Shown: positions 38,473-48,691 of the stretch, piece by piece
Layout: every line of letters begins with the position of its first letter
How positions within the stretch are numbered: position 1 is the stretch's first letter
Assembly (NCBI GenBank): GCA_037310415.1
Contig: CP147780.1
Location: 96,001-160,000, forward strand
Length of the DNA stretch: 64,000 nt
Origin: Candidatus Atabeyarchaeum deiterrae
GTDB lineage: Archaea > Asgardarchaeota > Atabeyarchaeia > Atabeyarchaeales > Atabeyarchaeaceae
Direction of reading: 5' to 3'
Made by a program: the position numbers and the translations under genes
Notes under the pieces: generated by a model
What the model saw: the letters and a program-made list of their open reading frames with translations, nothing else
Database searches by the model: none
What the model was told of the DNA's origin: nothing

Positions 38473-39543
38473 TTGTTTGTTCCAGCGCATACCATCTGGC
38501 TCCTTAGTGATAGCGATGTGAAGGCCCGACTGAGCATCACAAGGGATTTTGTCAAGAGTACCCATGTTGAATCAATTGGCTTTGAAGTTTTGCAGAGAGA
38601 ACAGTCACTCCTAGAGTCAAGGATCAAGACTCAAGTCACAAGGGCGCTTAGGATCAAGAGAGAACTGTCGAGCCTAGGTGTCAAGACGTCTTTATCAGTT
38701 CATACGCCATTCACTCCGATAGGTAGGTTCTGTTTGGCTTCTGAGCGATCCGAGATCAGGAGAAGAGGGATTGAGGCCGTCAAGACATGCGTCGGGCTGG
38801 CGGAACATATTGGAGCACAAGTCGTGAATACTCATCCTGGCGGAATCGTAAAGATCACAAATCGGAACTTCTCGGATCCTGCCGTAAAACGATTGGCGTT
38901 AGCCAATCTGAAAGAGTCGCTAGCTGAGCTAGTCGACTGGATGGAAGGACGCAGTGTAATGCTAGCAGTGGAGAACATTCCTTACCCATTGGAGGAACTG
39001 TTCCAAGGATACTCTCCCCTTGTAGGCATCTTTCCTGAAGACTTTGTGGAAATCTTCAGAGACATTGACTCGAAAGCTCTGGGGTTGACAGTTGATTTCT
39101 GTCACCTTTGGATAACCTTCAAGACGCTGAGGGGATTCAGAGCAATGAAGAAACGCAATTCCTCGGGGCGTGGCACCAACGTCTCTGGCTACCTAGGGTT
39201 GACTTCATATGAATCAGAGGCAATCAAATCCTTTGCAGGTGATCCATTTGAGGCCTTCATGAACAGACTGAACGAGAAAGTGGTTCATGTTCATGCTGCT
39301 GACTCTGACGGTGTTTTCGTTCCAGGAAAGAGTATGGTTTCTGAGGGAATCGCCTTGGGCGAAGGGGATTTGGATCTCAATAGCTTTGCTCGCGCCCTAA
39401 GAGAAATAGAGCGAACAAGAAAGCAAGTTGAGCCCGTAATGATTGTTCTCGAGCCCAAGGAATTGGATTTCGGTAATCCTTTGAATTCATCAAAGAGTCT
39501 ACTCAGACTGGAAGAATTGCTACGGAACAAAGTTGTAGTGTGA
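38473..39543 (+). CDS. AP endonuclease 2 / sugar-phosphate isomerase TIM-barrel protein
   Basis: SVHTPF, NTHPG, AVENIP, VDFCH, HVHAAD, VLE metal-ligand pattern. Confidence 0.8.
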   Translation: MFVPAHTIWLLSDSDVKARLSITRDFVKSTHVESIGFEVLQREQSLLESRIKTQVTRALRIKRELSSLGVKTSLSVHTPFTPIGRFCLASERSEIRRRGIEAVKTCVGLAEHIGAQVVNTHPGGIVKITNRNFSDPAVKRLALANLKESLAELVDWMEGRSVMLAVENIPYPLEELFQGYSPLVGIFPEDFVEIFRDIDSKALGLTVDFCHLWITFKTLRGFRAMKKRNSSGRGTNVSGYLGLTSYESEAIKSFAGDPFEAFMNRLNEKVVHVHAADSDGVFVPGKSMVSEGIALGEGDLDLNSFARALREIERTRKQVEPVMIVLEPKELDFGNPLNSSKSLLRLEELLRNKVVV

Positions 39544-39618
39544 CGGCTGACACGCTTCCGTATGTTCTCCACACTCCAAATAAAGGGTTAAATATCAGAG
39601 GGAGGTTTTGCTTCTATC

Positions 39619-39849
39619 ATGTGCTTAGCGATACCAGCCCGGGTACTGGATGTAAAAGGCGATTCAGCAAGGGTCGACTTTGGCAATGGGACGGTTAAGA
39701 ATGTGAGTGTCGCATTGCTTGAAAGTGTTCGCGTTGGTCAATATGTTATTGTTCACGCTGGATTTGCAATCCAAGTTATGGACAAAAGTGAGGCTAAGAA
39801 AACTTTGGATTTATGGCAGGAGATGCTAGAGATCCCTCAAATGGAGTAG
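39619..39849 (+). CDS. hypC: Hydrogenase maturation chaperone HypC
   Basis: MCLAIPA...VGQYVIVHAGFA. Confidence 0.97.
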   Translation: MCLAIPARVLDVKGDSARVDFGNGTVKNVSVALLESVRVGQYVIVHAGFAIQVMDKSEAKKTLDLWQEMLEIPQME

Positions 39850-39983
39850 ATCCCAATCGCGATGTCGATCTGACGTAGGTCTATTCGACTGATTGTCGGT
39901 ATTCTGAGATAATCTGTTTGTGAAGAGTCCTCGTGATATTAGATTCGGTTTTCTTCAAGATTCATTATTGTGGTGAGAGACAT

Positions 39984-40685
39984 TTGCCGAAGGTCATAAA
40001 ATCTGTAGAGGGAGAATCACTCGACATAGAACTTGACGCCGACCTCCTTAGAGAAAATGAGAGGATAGCTGAAGAGAATAAGGAATTTCTGAGAAAACGT
40101 GGAATCGTTGCAATAGATGTTATGGGGTCGGTGGGGTCAGGGAAGACTACTCTAATAGAGCAGATGGTTCAGAGAGTGAAGGGAAAGTACAAAGTGGCTG
40201 CTTTGGACGGAGACTTGAACACTACAATAGATGCTGACTTGATTGAGAGGCATGGGGTTGAAACGATCCAGATCAACACTGGGAAAGAATGCCACTTGGA
40301 CGCTAACTTGGTCAGAAAAGCGCTGAAGGAAATAGATCTTCATAACCTTGATTTGATCATCATTGAAAATGTCGGGAACTTGATTTGCCCTTCAGATTTC
40401 CCGCTGGGTTCATCAAAGAGAATTGTTGTGATAAGCGTAACGGAGGGGCCCTACATGGTTCTGAAGCACCCTATGACCTTTGCACGAGCCGATGTACTCG
40501 TCATAAACAAGATAGAGTTAGCCGATGCGATGGATGTTGATCCAAGCAAGCTGGAGAGTGATGCCAGGAAGGTCAAACCTCAACTCAAGGTTGTAAAAGC
40601 TTCTCTGAGGGCAGGCAAGGGAATTGACGAAGTAATTGATGCATTGGATTTGCCTTCACTAATGAAGGTCAGATCAGGAAGATAG
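39984..40685 (+). CDS. hypB: Hydrogenase nickel incorporation GTPase HypB
   Basis: GSGKTTL, CHLDA, ENVGNLICP, NKIEL. TTG start after GGTGA. Confidence 0.97.
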   Translation: MPKVIKSVEGESLDIELDADLLRENERIAEENKEFLRKRGIVAIDVMGSVGSGKTTLIEQMVQRVKGKYKVAALDGDLNTTIDADLIERHGVETIQINTGKECHLDANLVRKALKEIDLHNLDLIIIENVGNLICPSDFPLGSSKRIVVISVTEGPYMVLKHPMTFARADVLVINKIELADAMDVDPSKLESDARKVKPQLKVVKASLRAGKGIDEVIDALDLPSLMKVRSGR

Positions 40686-40734
40686 CGGCTCCCGCTTTTC
40701 GTACCTAATAATGATAGTAGGCGATTAACGACAG

Positions 40735-41145
40735 ATGCATGAGTTTTCGGTGGCACAGCAGATCGTCCAGACTGTACTTGAAGAAGCACAGAAACACGGA
40801 GCCAAACGAGTCACCTCGGTTCATCTCATAATCGGCAAGCTCACTTTCTTAGGAGCTGAACAGATCAGATTCTCCTATCGCCTAATAGCTAAAGGGACAA
40901 TATTGGAACGTTCAAAACTAGTAATAGAGCAGAAGAAACCCACGGTTAAATGCGACAGCTGCGGCTACGCTGGTCCAGCTAAGTACATAAATGATCCAGC
41001 ATTTCATTTCTCAATCCCAACATTGACTTGTCCAAAGTGTGGGCACCAAGTCACGATCACATCTGGAAGGGAGTGCACGATTAAGGACATTGGCATAATA
41101 ACGGATGAAGAAGGCAGCAGTTCAGAGAGAACTAATAGGGGGTGA
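40735..41145 (+). CDS. hypA: Nickel metallochaperone HypA
   Basis: MHEFSVA, CDSC, CPKC, GRE. Confidence 0.97.
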   Translation: MHEFSVAQQIVQTVLEEAQKHGAKRVTSVHLIIGKLTFLGAEQIRFSYRLIAKGTILERSKLVIEQKKPTVKCDSCGYAGPAKYINDPAFHFSIPTLTCPKCGHQVTITSGRECTIKDIGIITDEEGSSSERTNRG

Positions 41146-41149
41146 CGAG

Positions 41150-42271
41150 ATGACAGAGGAGGAGAATATCTCTGGGATGTCGTTGAGCTTCAGAGATAGG
41201 AATGTTGCGCAGCAGGTTGTTCAGCGCATCAAGGAATTCAATCTCGAGATTCAGATCATGCACGTATGTGGGACCCATCAAGATACCATAGTGAAATATG
41301 GACTTGATTCGTTGCTGAAGGAGTGTGGGGTTACGGTGAGACAGGGACCGGGGTGCCCAGTCTGCGTCACGACCCAAAAGGAAATCGAGGAAGGAATAAG
41401 GCTAGCTGAGACTGGCAAGATTGTGGCAACGTACGGAGACATGGTTCGCGTACCTGGGACAAGTAGATCACTTGCTGACATTAGGGCTTCAGGTGGCAAT
41501 GTCCGAATAGTATACAGTATACAGGACGCGGTTTCGATAGCAAGGGAGGCTAAAAACGAAGTTGTATTCGTAGCTGTTGGGTTCGAAACCACTGCGCCCA
41601 GTACTGCAGTCACTTTGCTGGGAGATTTACCCCCAAACTTCTCGATACTTAATTGTCACAGATACGTTCCACCCGCGTTGCATGCTTTACTTAAGTTGGG
41701 AGAGGTGAAGATTCAAGGCTTCATCGAACCAGGACATGTTAGCACCATAATTGGGCTTAAGCCGTACGAGGAGCTGTCATTGGAGTTTAACCTCCCCCAA
41801 GTTGTTTCAGGCTTCGAACCTCTCGATGTTCTGATGTCAGTTTACATGCTCGCGAGGCAAATAAAGAACGGAGAAGCAAAAGTGGAAAACGAGTATAACC
41901 GAGTTGTCAAGTACGAAGGAAATCCGAGAGCGCTTAAGGTATTGGGAGAAGTTTTTGAACACTCTGATTTGAGGTGGAGAGGCTTCCCCATAATAGCGGG
42001 ATCAGGGATGAAGTTAAGAGATAAGTTTGAGCAGTACGACGCTAGAAAAGTCTACGAGGATGAATTGAGGGATGTATCTCAACGTGAATTCGAAGAGCCT
42101 AAAGGGTGCAGATGCAGTGAAGTCTTGAGAGGGCTGATCGACGCAAATGATTGCGTACTTTTCGGAAAGTCGTGCACTCCTCAGCACCCGGTTGGACCAT
42201 GCATGGTTTCCACGGAAGGAACATGCAACATACTGTACAAGTATTCTGGGTTGAGAGAGAAGAAAAGATAG
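41150..42271 (+). CDS. hypD: Hydrogenase maturation protein HypD
   Basis: CGTH, GPGCPVC, GFETT, PGHVS, GPCMVSTEGTC. Confidence 0.98.
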   Translation: MTEEENISGMSLSFRDRNVAQQVVQRIKEFNLEIQIMHVCGTHQDTIVKYGLDSLLKECGVTVRQGPGCPVCVTTQKEIEEGIRLAETGKIVATYGDMVRVPGTSRSLADIRASGGNVRIVYSIQDAVSIAREAKNEVVFVAVGFETTAPSTAVTLLGDLPPNFSILNCHRYVPPALHALLKLGEVKIQGFIEPGHVSTIIGLKPYEELSLEFNLPQVVSGFEPLDVLMSVYMLARQIKNGEAKVENEYNRVVKYEGNPRALKVLGEVFEHSDLRWRGFPIIAGSGMKLRDKFEQYDARKVYEDELRDVSQREFEEPKGCRCSEVLRGLIDANDCVLFGKSCTPQHPVGPCMVSTEGTCNILYKYSGLREKKR

Positions 42272-42335
42272 ACGGAGACTAATATAACCAAAGTCTATCT
42301 TTTTGGTCTAAGATGGTTTGAGGTGAATTACTTAG

Positions 42336-42887
42336 ATGGGCATCATTAGGATCGGTATGGTCGTTGATGAGGTCAAAGAAGCTTTGTGTTATGACTTGAG
42401 ACACAGTGTAGTTGAAAGGGGAGAACAGAAAAGTAAATGGGATATCACTAGCGAGGACCAGAAAACGGAAATGTGTGGCAAGTGCCCACTGGCCTGGAAT
42501 AATGCAAGCTGTGAGGGAAGATTTGGTCCGAACTATTCAAGCTTGCCCAATTTCGCTAAGAGGTTTGGGTGCGAAATAGTCGCAGGCATTCCAAGGAGTT
42601 ATGATGAGCATAGAATGTTCTCTTCAGATAATGCTCAGAGGCTCCTAGCAGAGGTCAAGATACTCCGTGACAAGTTGAAATTCGAAGAGGATACTGTGTA
42701 TGTGGCACAGGAACAGGAAAATCTTCCTGAAGAAAAGATAGAGCAATGGTTGCTCTACACCGTAGGATTCGAGGGTGTCACAACAAGAAAGATCAATGCT
42801 TCGAGAGTCCATGAAGGAACCCTTAGCCAATTAGAAAAGATGGCGAACACTTCTGACAAGTATCATTGTAGCTTCGTCTTCTTCTAG
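42336..42887 (+). CDS. Hypothetical Cys-containing protein
   Basis: SD GAGGTGA. Contains C...CGKCPL...C. Confidence 0.7.
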   Translation: MGIIRIGMVVDEVKEALCYDLRHSVVERGEQKSKWDITSEDQKTEMCGKCPLAWNNASCEGRFGPNYSSLPNFAKRFGCEIVAGIPRSYDEHRMFSSDNAQRLLAEVKILRDKLKFEEDTVYVAQEQENLPEEKIEQWLLYTVGFEGVTTRKINASRVHEGTLSQLEKMANTSDKYHCSFVFF

Positions 42888-42907
42888 TGTGTGCCACTGT
42901 TAATAGC

Positions 42908-43987
42908 CTAACATATTCTCGGGATTGGGTCTCCAGCAGGAGGAGGCAGGATTCGCTTTCCACCTACACTAGTCTCAAGTATTACCTGACTGTATGATTT
43001 CGTAGCTTCTCCTATGATTGCAGCGTACTTGCCTTCTTGGGTTTTCTTTAGAGTTTGAAGGACTTCCTCAGCTTTCTGTGGAACAACTGCTATCGCTATT
43101 TTGCCCTCATTGCCTATTTCCAGCGGATCGAGGCCAAGCATTTCGCACGCGGCTCTCACTCCCTCGCTGATGGGGATGTCTTCTTGATTTACGAGTATCC
43201 CTATTCTCGATTTCTCGCTCCATTCATTCAGTAGATTTGCTAAGCCACCCCTAGTTGGATCCTTCATTTTGACTATTCCTCCGACTTGGAGGAGTTTCTC
43301 AGTCAACTTGTTCAATGGCTTGACATCTGACTCAACTTGGCTCTCAAATCCATACCCTTCACGGAATGATAGAATGGCTATCCCGTGATCTCCCATCGTT
43401 CCAGATGCTATGATCTTGTCTCCGTCACCGATGTTTGAATCGACTAGCCATTTTGAATTGAAAGAGGACCTGTATTTCTTGACTGTCCTTATATTCTCGT
43501 CTAAAAACTTACTTCTTTTTCCGATGCCTGAAGTGTTTATTACACATTTCTCAAGAGAACCCTTCTCGACCACTTTGGTGTCTCCGGTTATCACGAATAC
43601 GCCGGCTTCCTTACACGTGTCACCCATGCTCTTTAGGATTCTTTCAAGGTCTTTGATAGAGAAGCCTTCTTCAAGTATGAGCCCCGCAGCCAATGCCATC
43701 GGTTCGGCGCCCATCACGGCTATGTCATTTACGGTTCCAGATATGGAGAGCCTGCCAATGTCTCCACCAGGAAAGAATAATGGTTTGACTGTGTGCGAAT
43801 CTGATTTTAGGACCACACCATCGATGACACCAGAGTCATCAAGAGCCTCGAGTGGAACCTCAGCGTTGCTTCCTCCTAGATATTTCAGCACATAGTTCTT
43901 GATGAGATCCTGCATTGCTGAGCCACCCGCCCCGTGCGAAAGCGTGATATGCTCCAAGTTTTCATTCACCTTGAACTGCTCTCTCAT
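42908..43987 (-). CDS. hypE: Carbamoyl dehydratase HypE
   Basis: HGAGG, DSHTVKPLFFPGGDIG, DPTRGG, C-terminal PRIC. Confidence 0.98.
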   Translation of the reverse strand: MREQFKVNENLEHITLSHGAGGSAMQDLIKNYVLKYLGGSNAEVPLEALDDSGVIDGVVLKSDSHTVKPLFFPGGDIGRLSISGTVNDIAVMGAEPMALAAGLILEEGFSIKDLERILKSMGDTCKEAGVFVITGDTKVVEKGSLEKCVINTSGIGKRSKFLDENIRTVKKYRSSFNSKWLVDSNIGDGDKIIASGTMGDHGIAILSFREGYGFESQVESDVKPLNKLTEKLLQVGGIVKMKDPTRGGLANLLNEWSEKSRIGILVNQEDIPISEGVRAACEMLGLDPLEIGNEGKIAIAVVPQKAEEVLQTLKKTQEGKYAAIIGEATKSYSQVILETSVGGKRILPPPAGDPIPRIC

Positions 43988-44139
43988 GTTACCAGCATTT
44001 AGCCGGATGAGAAACAAGACTTCATGAAAGCAAATAACACTTTTCCGAAGATTATGTGAACATTCAGATGGGCATATGCACCTTGTCTGCTGAAAGTCTA
44101 TTGGTTCTGAGAAAAAGAGGGAAGAAGTGACTTAAATGT

Positions 44140-44940
44140 CTAGAGTCTCTTAAGTATGGCTTCACGAGTGAATTTCCTGGAAGCCACTTTGAAGAGTCCA
44201 TAATCAACAACTGCGAATAGGCCCACAATCGTGAGTACAAGGTATATGTTCGTTAGGCCTCCAACTAGGATCGGAACGAAGGCAATGATTAGTACCGGAA
44301 TTACGAACACACCGCCGAGTTGAGTTGCCTCCATTACCTTGTTTGCTCTTGTAGAAACCCAAACATTTGCAAGTATGCCGAAGAACGCCAGCAGAGGATA
44401 GAGCGCAACCAGCTGAATGAATGCAATAGTGTTTGGAAAAATAAGTTGGAAGGTGCCAAATGCCTGCCACCATGAAAGATTCACTATTATTGTCGTTGAA
44501 AGAATACAAAGATATGTCGTTATGATTGTCGGTATGAATGCTGTAAGCATCTTACCAAGGAGTATCTCTGAATCTGTGAGCGGTGTCGACAGAAGCTGCT
44601 GAATTGTCTTCCTCTCCTTCTCACCGACGAAACTATCAGCAGAAATGTATGTTGGCAGAATGACTGGAACCATCAGCAACAATGCTGAAATAATCACGTA
44701 CAGGAAAAACAGATAGGTTCTCTGACCAAGTGAGAAATCGGGGAAGAAGTCTGGTGGGAGTGGCAGGCCAGAAGTACCGCCCGTAGGAGAAGTGCCAATT
44801 AGTATACCAATGAAACCATATAACAGGGGTATCACGAACCCAAACATAAATCCCATTCCCACAAAACTGTACTTTATCATTCTGCTTCTGAATGCTTCAT
44901 GCATTTCCTTTCTAGCTATTATCATTGATCTCTTAAGCAA
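44140..44940 (-). CDS. ABC-2 type permease
   Basis: IARKE, ADSFVGEKERKTIQQLLSTPL...ILLGK. Confidence 0.92.
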   Translation of the reverse strand: MLKRSMIIARKEMHEAFRSRMIKYSFVGMGFMFGFVIPLLYGFIGILIGTSPTGGTSGLPLPPDFFPDFSLGQRTYLFFLYVIISALLLMVPVILPTYISADSFVGEKERKTIQQLLSTPLTDSEILLGKMLTAFIPTIITTYLCILSTTIIVNLSWWQAFGTFQLIFPNTIAFIQLVALYPLLAFFGILANVWVSTRANKVMEATQLGGVFVIPVLIIAFVPILVGGLTNIYLVLTIVGLFAVVDYGLFKVASRKFTREAILKRL

Positions 44941-44954
44941 GGCCAGACCTCCCT

Positions 44955-45908
44955 TTAGCTGCTACCTTCCGCCTGTCCAATGATCTTCATATAGACATCC
45001 TCCAGAGTCTTTCTCTCTTCCTGCAGCGTGACTATTCTTCCACCTGATTCAACTATTCTCTGAACGATAAGAGGGTTTACTTTATCTGGTTTATCGGTTT
45101 CATACTGAAGCGTGTTTCTTCTCAACTTCAGATTGTCTATGGAACCGATGTCAGGCAGTCTCTCTATTACACTTTTATCGAATCCAGGAAGTAATGAGAG
45201 TGTAAATACTCTCCTAGTCCATAGTGACTTCTCAAGCTCGCTAGTTTCTCCAATTGTAGCTAGTCGACCCTGGTTGATTATTGCAATTCTGTCGCAGATC
45301 ATGTCTGCTTCTGGCAAGTTGTGAGTGCATAGGAAAACTGTGCGGTTTAGCTGTTTGCAGAGTCTGGCGATGAACTCGCGGAATGATTTTGCAGCCTCAG
45401 GGTCGAGTCCGGTCGTGGGTTCGTCCATGAATAGTATCTTTGGATCGTGGATGATGGCTCGGGCAATGCTAAGCTTCTGGCGCATTCCTCTGCTGAACGT
45501 TGCGACTCTATCATTTCTTCTCCCGTGAAGGTCCATCATGTTCAGAAGTTCTTTGATACGGTCATCGATCTGTCGCTCTGGGAGTCCATACAGTCTAGCG
45601 AAGTAAGTGAGGTTTTCAATAGGCGTCATCCGCTCATATAGGCCTGAAAGTTCTGGCTCAGGAAGTAAGCCAACTATTGATCTAACAACATTTGCTTCCT
45701 GGGCAACATCATGACCGCCGACTGTCGCTTTTCCGTCGTCTGGCTTCAAGAGTCCGCATAATAGTCTCAAGGTCGTTGTCTTGCCTGCTCCGTTCGGACC
45801 TAAGAAGCCGAATATCTCGCCCTCTTTTACCTCTAGGGAAATATGGTCTACTGCAACGATCTTCCCGAAAGTTCGGGTCAGGTTCTCCACGTGAATTATG
45901 CTCGACAT
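44955..45908 (-). CDS. ABC transporter ATP-binding protein
   Basis: GPNGAGKTT, FSRGMRQ, MDEPTTGLD, CTH. Confidence 0.96.
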   Translation of the reverse strand: MSSIIHVENLTRTFGKIVAVDHISLEVKEGEIFGFLGPNGAGKTTTLRLLCGLLKPDDGKATVGGHDVAQEANVVRSIVGLLPEPELSGLYERMTPIENLTYFARLYGLPERQIDDRIKELLNMMDLHGRRNDRVATFSRGMRQKLSIARAIIHDPKILFMDEPTTGLDPEAAKSFREFIARLCKQLNRTVFLCTHNLPEADMICDRIAIINQGRLATIGETSELEKSLWTRRVFTLSLLPGFDKSVIERLPDIGSIDNLKLRRNTLQYETDKPDKVNPLIVQRIVESGGRIVTLQEERKTLEDVYMKIIGQAEGSS

Positions 45909-46062
45909 CTTCTGCCTCTCTCCAGATTAGGTTGTTTCAGGACCTGAATGATTTTCTATGATTCCCAATGAGTTCAGGGTCTTAAATCGACTTCAGGCAA
46001 ACGTTTAAATAGTTTCATGTATATAACTATTACGGTTGACGTAATCGATTACAAATGCAGAG

Positions 46063-46698
46063 ATGGTGCCGCATATGGAAGAATCGATGGTTTTGAAGGA
46101 TCCAGATAAGATACGCATTAGTTTGGAGCCGCTGAATAGGAAGATACTTGACCTTCTCATGGACAGGGAAATGACAATCACAATGCTAGCGAACTCCATA
46201 AAGGACAAGGGCAAGAAAGGTGTACCTGCTCCGACAATTCTAAGAAGGGTAAGGAAACTCGTTGAGGCAGAATTAATAGAGCAGACGCGAGTCGGTACGC
46301 CGCCTAAGAGCAAGGCAAAGAATCTTCTCGAGAAGTTCTACAGAACTAAGGCGAGTAAATTCCTAATCGATACTGAGATCAGTAAGATGTTGAAAGGAAA
46401 AGAAAGGGCATCGGAGCCGCCACTATCTCTTGAATCCATTCCAATTATACAATCGTATGGGTATGATGTTCCTGAACGTGCGAAGGAGGATTTCGCTTCA
46501 AAGGTCACTGAGCTTCAACATCTGCTTGAAGAAAAGAGCAGAATTCTGACCACGAGAAAGCTGCCCGTGCAGAAACAGAGTAGCGTAGATGCTAGAACAG
46601 ATGAGGCAATATTCCAGATGCTTCTGTCATTAGAGGGGGCTAAGGACGAAAGAATAAGGAAGCTTGTTGACGAGATAAACCGAAACCTGAAGAAATAG
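46063..46698 (+). CDS. ArsR-like winged-HTH regulator (divergent from the ABC operon)
   Basis: PLNRKILDLL...MTITMLA...ILRRVRKLVEAELI...EKFY. Confidence 0.85.
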   Translation: MVPHMEESMVLKDPDKIRISLEPLNRKILDLLMDREMTITMLANSIKDKGKKGVPAPTILRRVRKLVEAELIEQTRVGTPPKSKAKNLLEKFYRTKASKFLIDTEISKMLKGKERASEPPLSLESIPIIQSYGYDVPERAKEDFASKVTELQHLLEEKSRILTTRKLPVQKQSSVDARTDEAIFQMLLSLEGAKDERIRKLVDEINRNLKK

Positions 46699-46850
46699 TA
46701 CTCCTAAAGTTTCAGGCCGAAAGATGGACTTCTCAAACTTGTTGAATAACTGGCGAATCTAGTCATAAAGCATGGCTATAGCGTTGTTAGCCGGCCAGAA
46801 CCTCCGATCTGTTTTAGCAGTGAAAGTTTGTGAAGTCAAGGCCCTCTGCT

Positions 46851-47516
46851 TTATTCTATTAGAGTTGCTTCCTGGACGAATTGGTTCATGAACGATCTTA
46901 GGTACTTCGAGCGTTGTTGTATGAGGAGCTTCCCCATTTCGGTGTGTATTGTTTCCGGAAGTCTGAGAAGCTTCGTTTGAAAGTGGTCCAAGACGTATTT
47001 TTCATCGTCAAGCGCTCGGTTTCTTGCGAGTGGATCCTTCTCATCGTATAGCTCGGTGTTTTTTGATCCTCCATAAGCGAAAGTCATTGCGATCCCGATT
47101 GCTCCGCTTATGTCAATTCTATCTGCATCCTGCAGAATCCTTGCTTCGAGCGTCTCAGGTATCCTGTTTCGACTGAACCGATGCACTCTGATGGCATATA
47201 GTATCTGAGGTATTTTGTCTTCGGGGAGCTGGCATTCCTTGAGCAGTTTCTCCCCGATCTCTGCTGATTTCTTAGCGTGGTCTCCCTCGCTATAACTTCG
47301 ACCGATGTCGTGAAGCAATGCGGCGACTTCAAGTATCAGTAGGTCGGCCTTCTCTTTTATGCCTATCATCCTACTGAGTTTATGGACTCTTATGGTATGA
47401 GTCTGATCATGCCCGGCAAAGGAATGTTGCCGAATGTATTCAAGTGCGACTTTCTTGATACGGTCTACAAAAACTGTGTCTTTATTGGGTGTCTTCCTCA
47501 GCAAGTTTTCGATCAA
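46851..47516 (-). CDS. HD-domain phosphohydrolase
   Basis: GHDQTH, LLHDIG, HRFS, LQDADRID. Confidence 0.92.
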   Translation of the reverse strand: MIENLLRKTPNKDTVFVDRIKKVALEYIRQHSFAGHDQTHTIRVHKLSRMIGIKEKADLLILEVAALLHDIGRSYSEGDHAKKSAEIGEKLLKECQLPEDKIPQILYAIRVHRFSRNRIPETLEARILQDADRIDISGAIGIAMTFAYGGSKNTELYDEKDPLARNRALDDEKYVLDHFQTKLLRLPETIHTEMGKLLIQQRSKYLRSFMNQFVQEATLIE

Positions 47517-47636
47517 CCTCGCTTAGGTGAAGAATAAGAGGAGACATATAATTGTATTCGAGGATCGCCGATCAGAAAGAGCATTGTTGCCAGTGTTGGC
47601 TGAGATTCACTTCGATAAGGATTTAGTCTACAATTA

Positions 47637-48455
47637 ATGATAAATATGAGAGTTGACCTTGAAAAGGATAAGGAGTTGAGCTCAAGCATGGCACACTTTA
47701 TTTCAAAACTCGTACTTGGACAAGCGGACGACTCAGTGCATTGGAGGCTAGTGAAGTACAGCAAGGGAGAATTTGAAGGAAATGTAATCGAAGTCAAGGC
47801 GAGAGGAAAATCGATCGCAATTGGTGGAAGTCCAGAATATGAAGATCTCATTGGATGGATTCTGTTCCGCTATGCTCCAGCAGAATTGGAGTTTAAGGTT
47901 ACTGGTTCAATTATATCCGCCAAAGACCACACCGACATTCTCCAAGGTGTGGGACTGGATGTCGCCATGAGCAGACCGAAAGGAAAAGCCAGGTATAATG
48001 CAAAGATTGATGGCATAACGGTGCCCGCAAGAACGATGAGAGATGTTTATTCCAGTTTGATGGATGACTGCAACATTCTTTTTACGGCCAAAATTGCATC
48101 TGGTGAAAAGGAATGGAGCCTGACGACGAAGAAGGATTATCCACGACCGTCGACCAAGGGCGAATTGAAGGAGCCTGACACTGACTTCTGCAAAGCCACA
48201 CTGCCAACTAGTAGTGAGGCCATGGAAGGAATTCTATCAGAGGTCGTGCCTGACTTGAGGAGTGAATTTCATGGTCCATTCAAGCAGCTCAGGGTTACGA
48301 ATAGCTATAGGGTCAATGAGATAGTCTTGCCTGAAAGCAAGGGCGAGTCTGATGCTGCCCAAGTCAGGATTCTGGCAAAGAGGAAAGGTGTTTTATCTAG
48401 AAAAGTATTGGTTGATGGCAAGGAGTCTGCGAGGGAGATTGAATTCTGCATCTGA
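47637..48455 (+). CDS. Archaeal hypothetical protein
   Basis: 272-aa ORF with natural composition (VHWRLVKYSKGEF...AKRKG). Confidence 0.75.
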   Translation: MINMRVDLEKDKELSSSMAHFISKLVLGQADDSVHWRLVKYSKGEFEGNVIEVKARGKSIAIGGSPEYEDLIGWILFRYAPAELEFKVTGSIISAKDHTDILQGVGLDVAMSRPKGKARYNAKIDGITVPARTMRDVYSSLMDDCNILFTAKIASGEKEWSLTTKKDYPRPSTKGELKEPDTDFCKATLPTSSEAMEGILSEVVPDLRSEFHGPFKQLRVTNSYRVNEIVLPESKGESDAAQVRILAKRKGVLSRKVLVDGKESAREIEFCI

Positions 48456-48691
48456 CTTGAAGGAAATTGCAGGAGTCTTCTGGATAAATGAGCGTCAGTA
48501 ATAATATCCTCAAAAATATGTTGAATATGAAAAGATTTTTATCCTATTCTTGATAGGAACGACTAACATAACTGTTCAGGTTTCGGAATGCGAATTGCTA
48601 CCATTCTGAATCTGTCAGTAACGACCCGTTAAATTGTTAATAGCATTTTGATGAATTGCTCATAACGATTGGATGAAATTGTAATGTTGGA

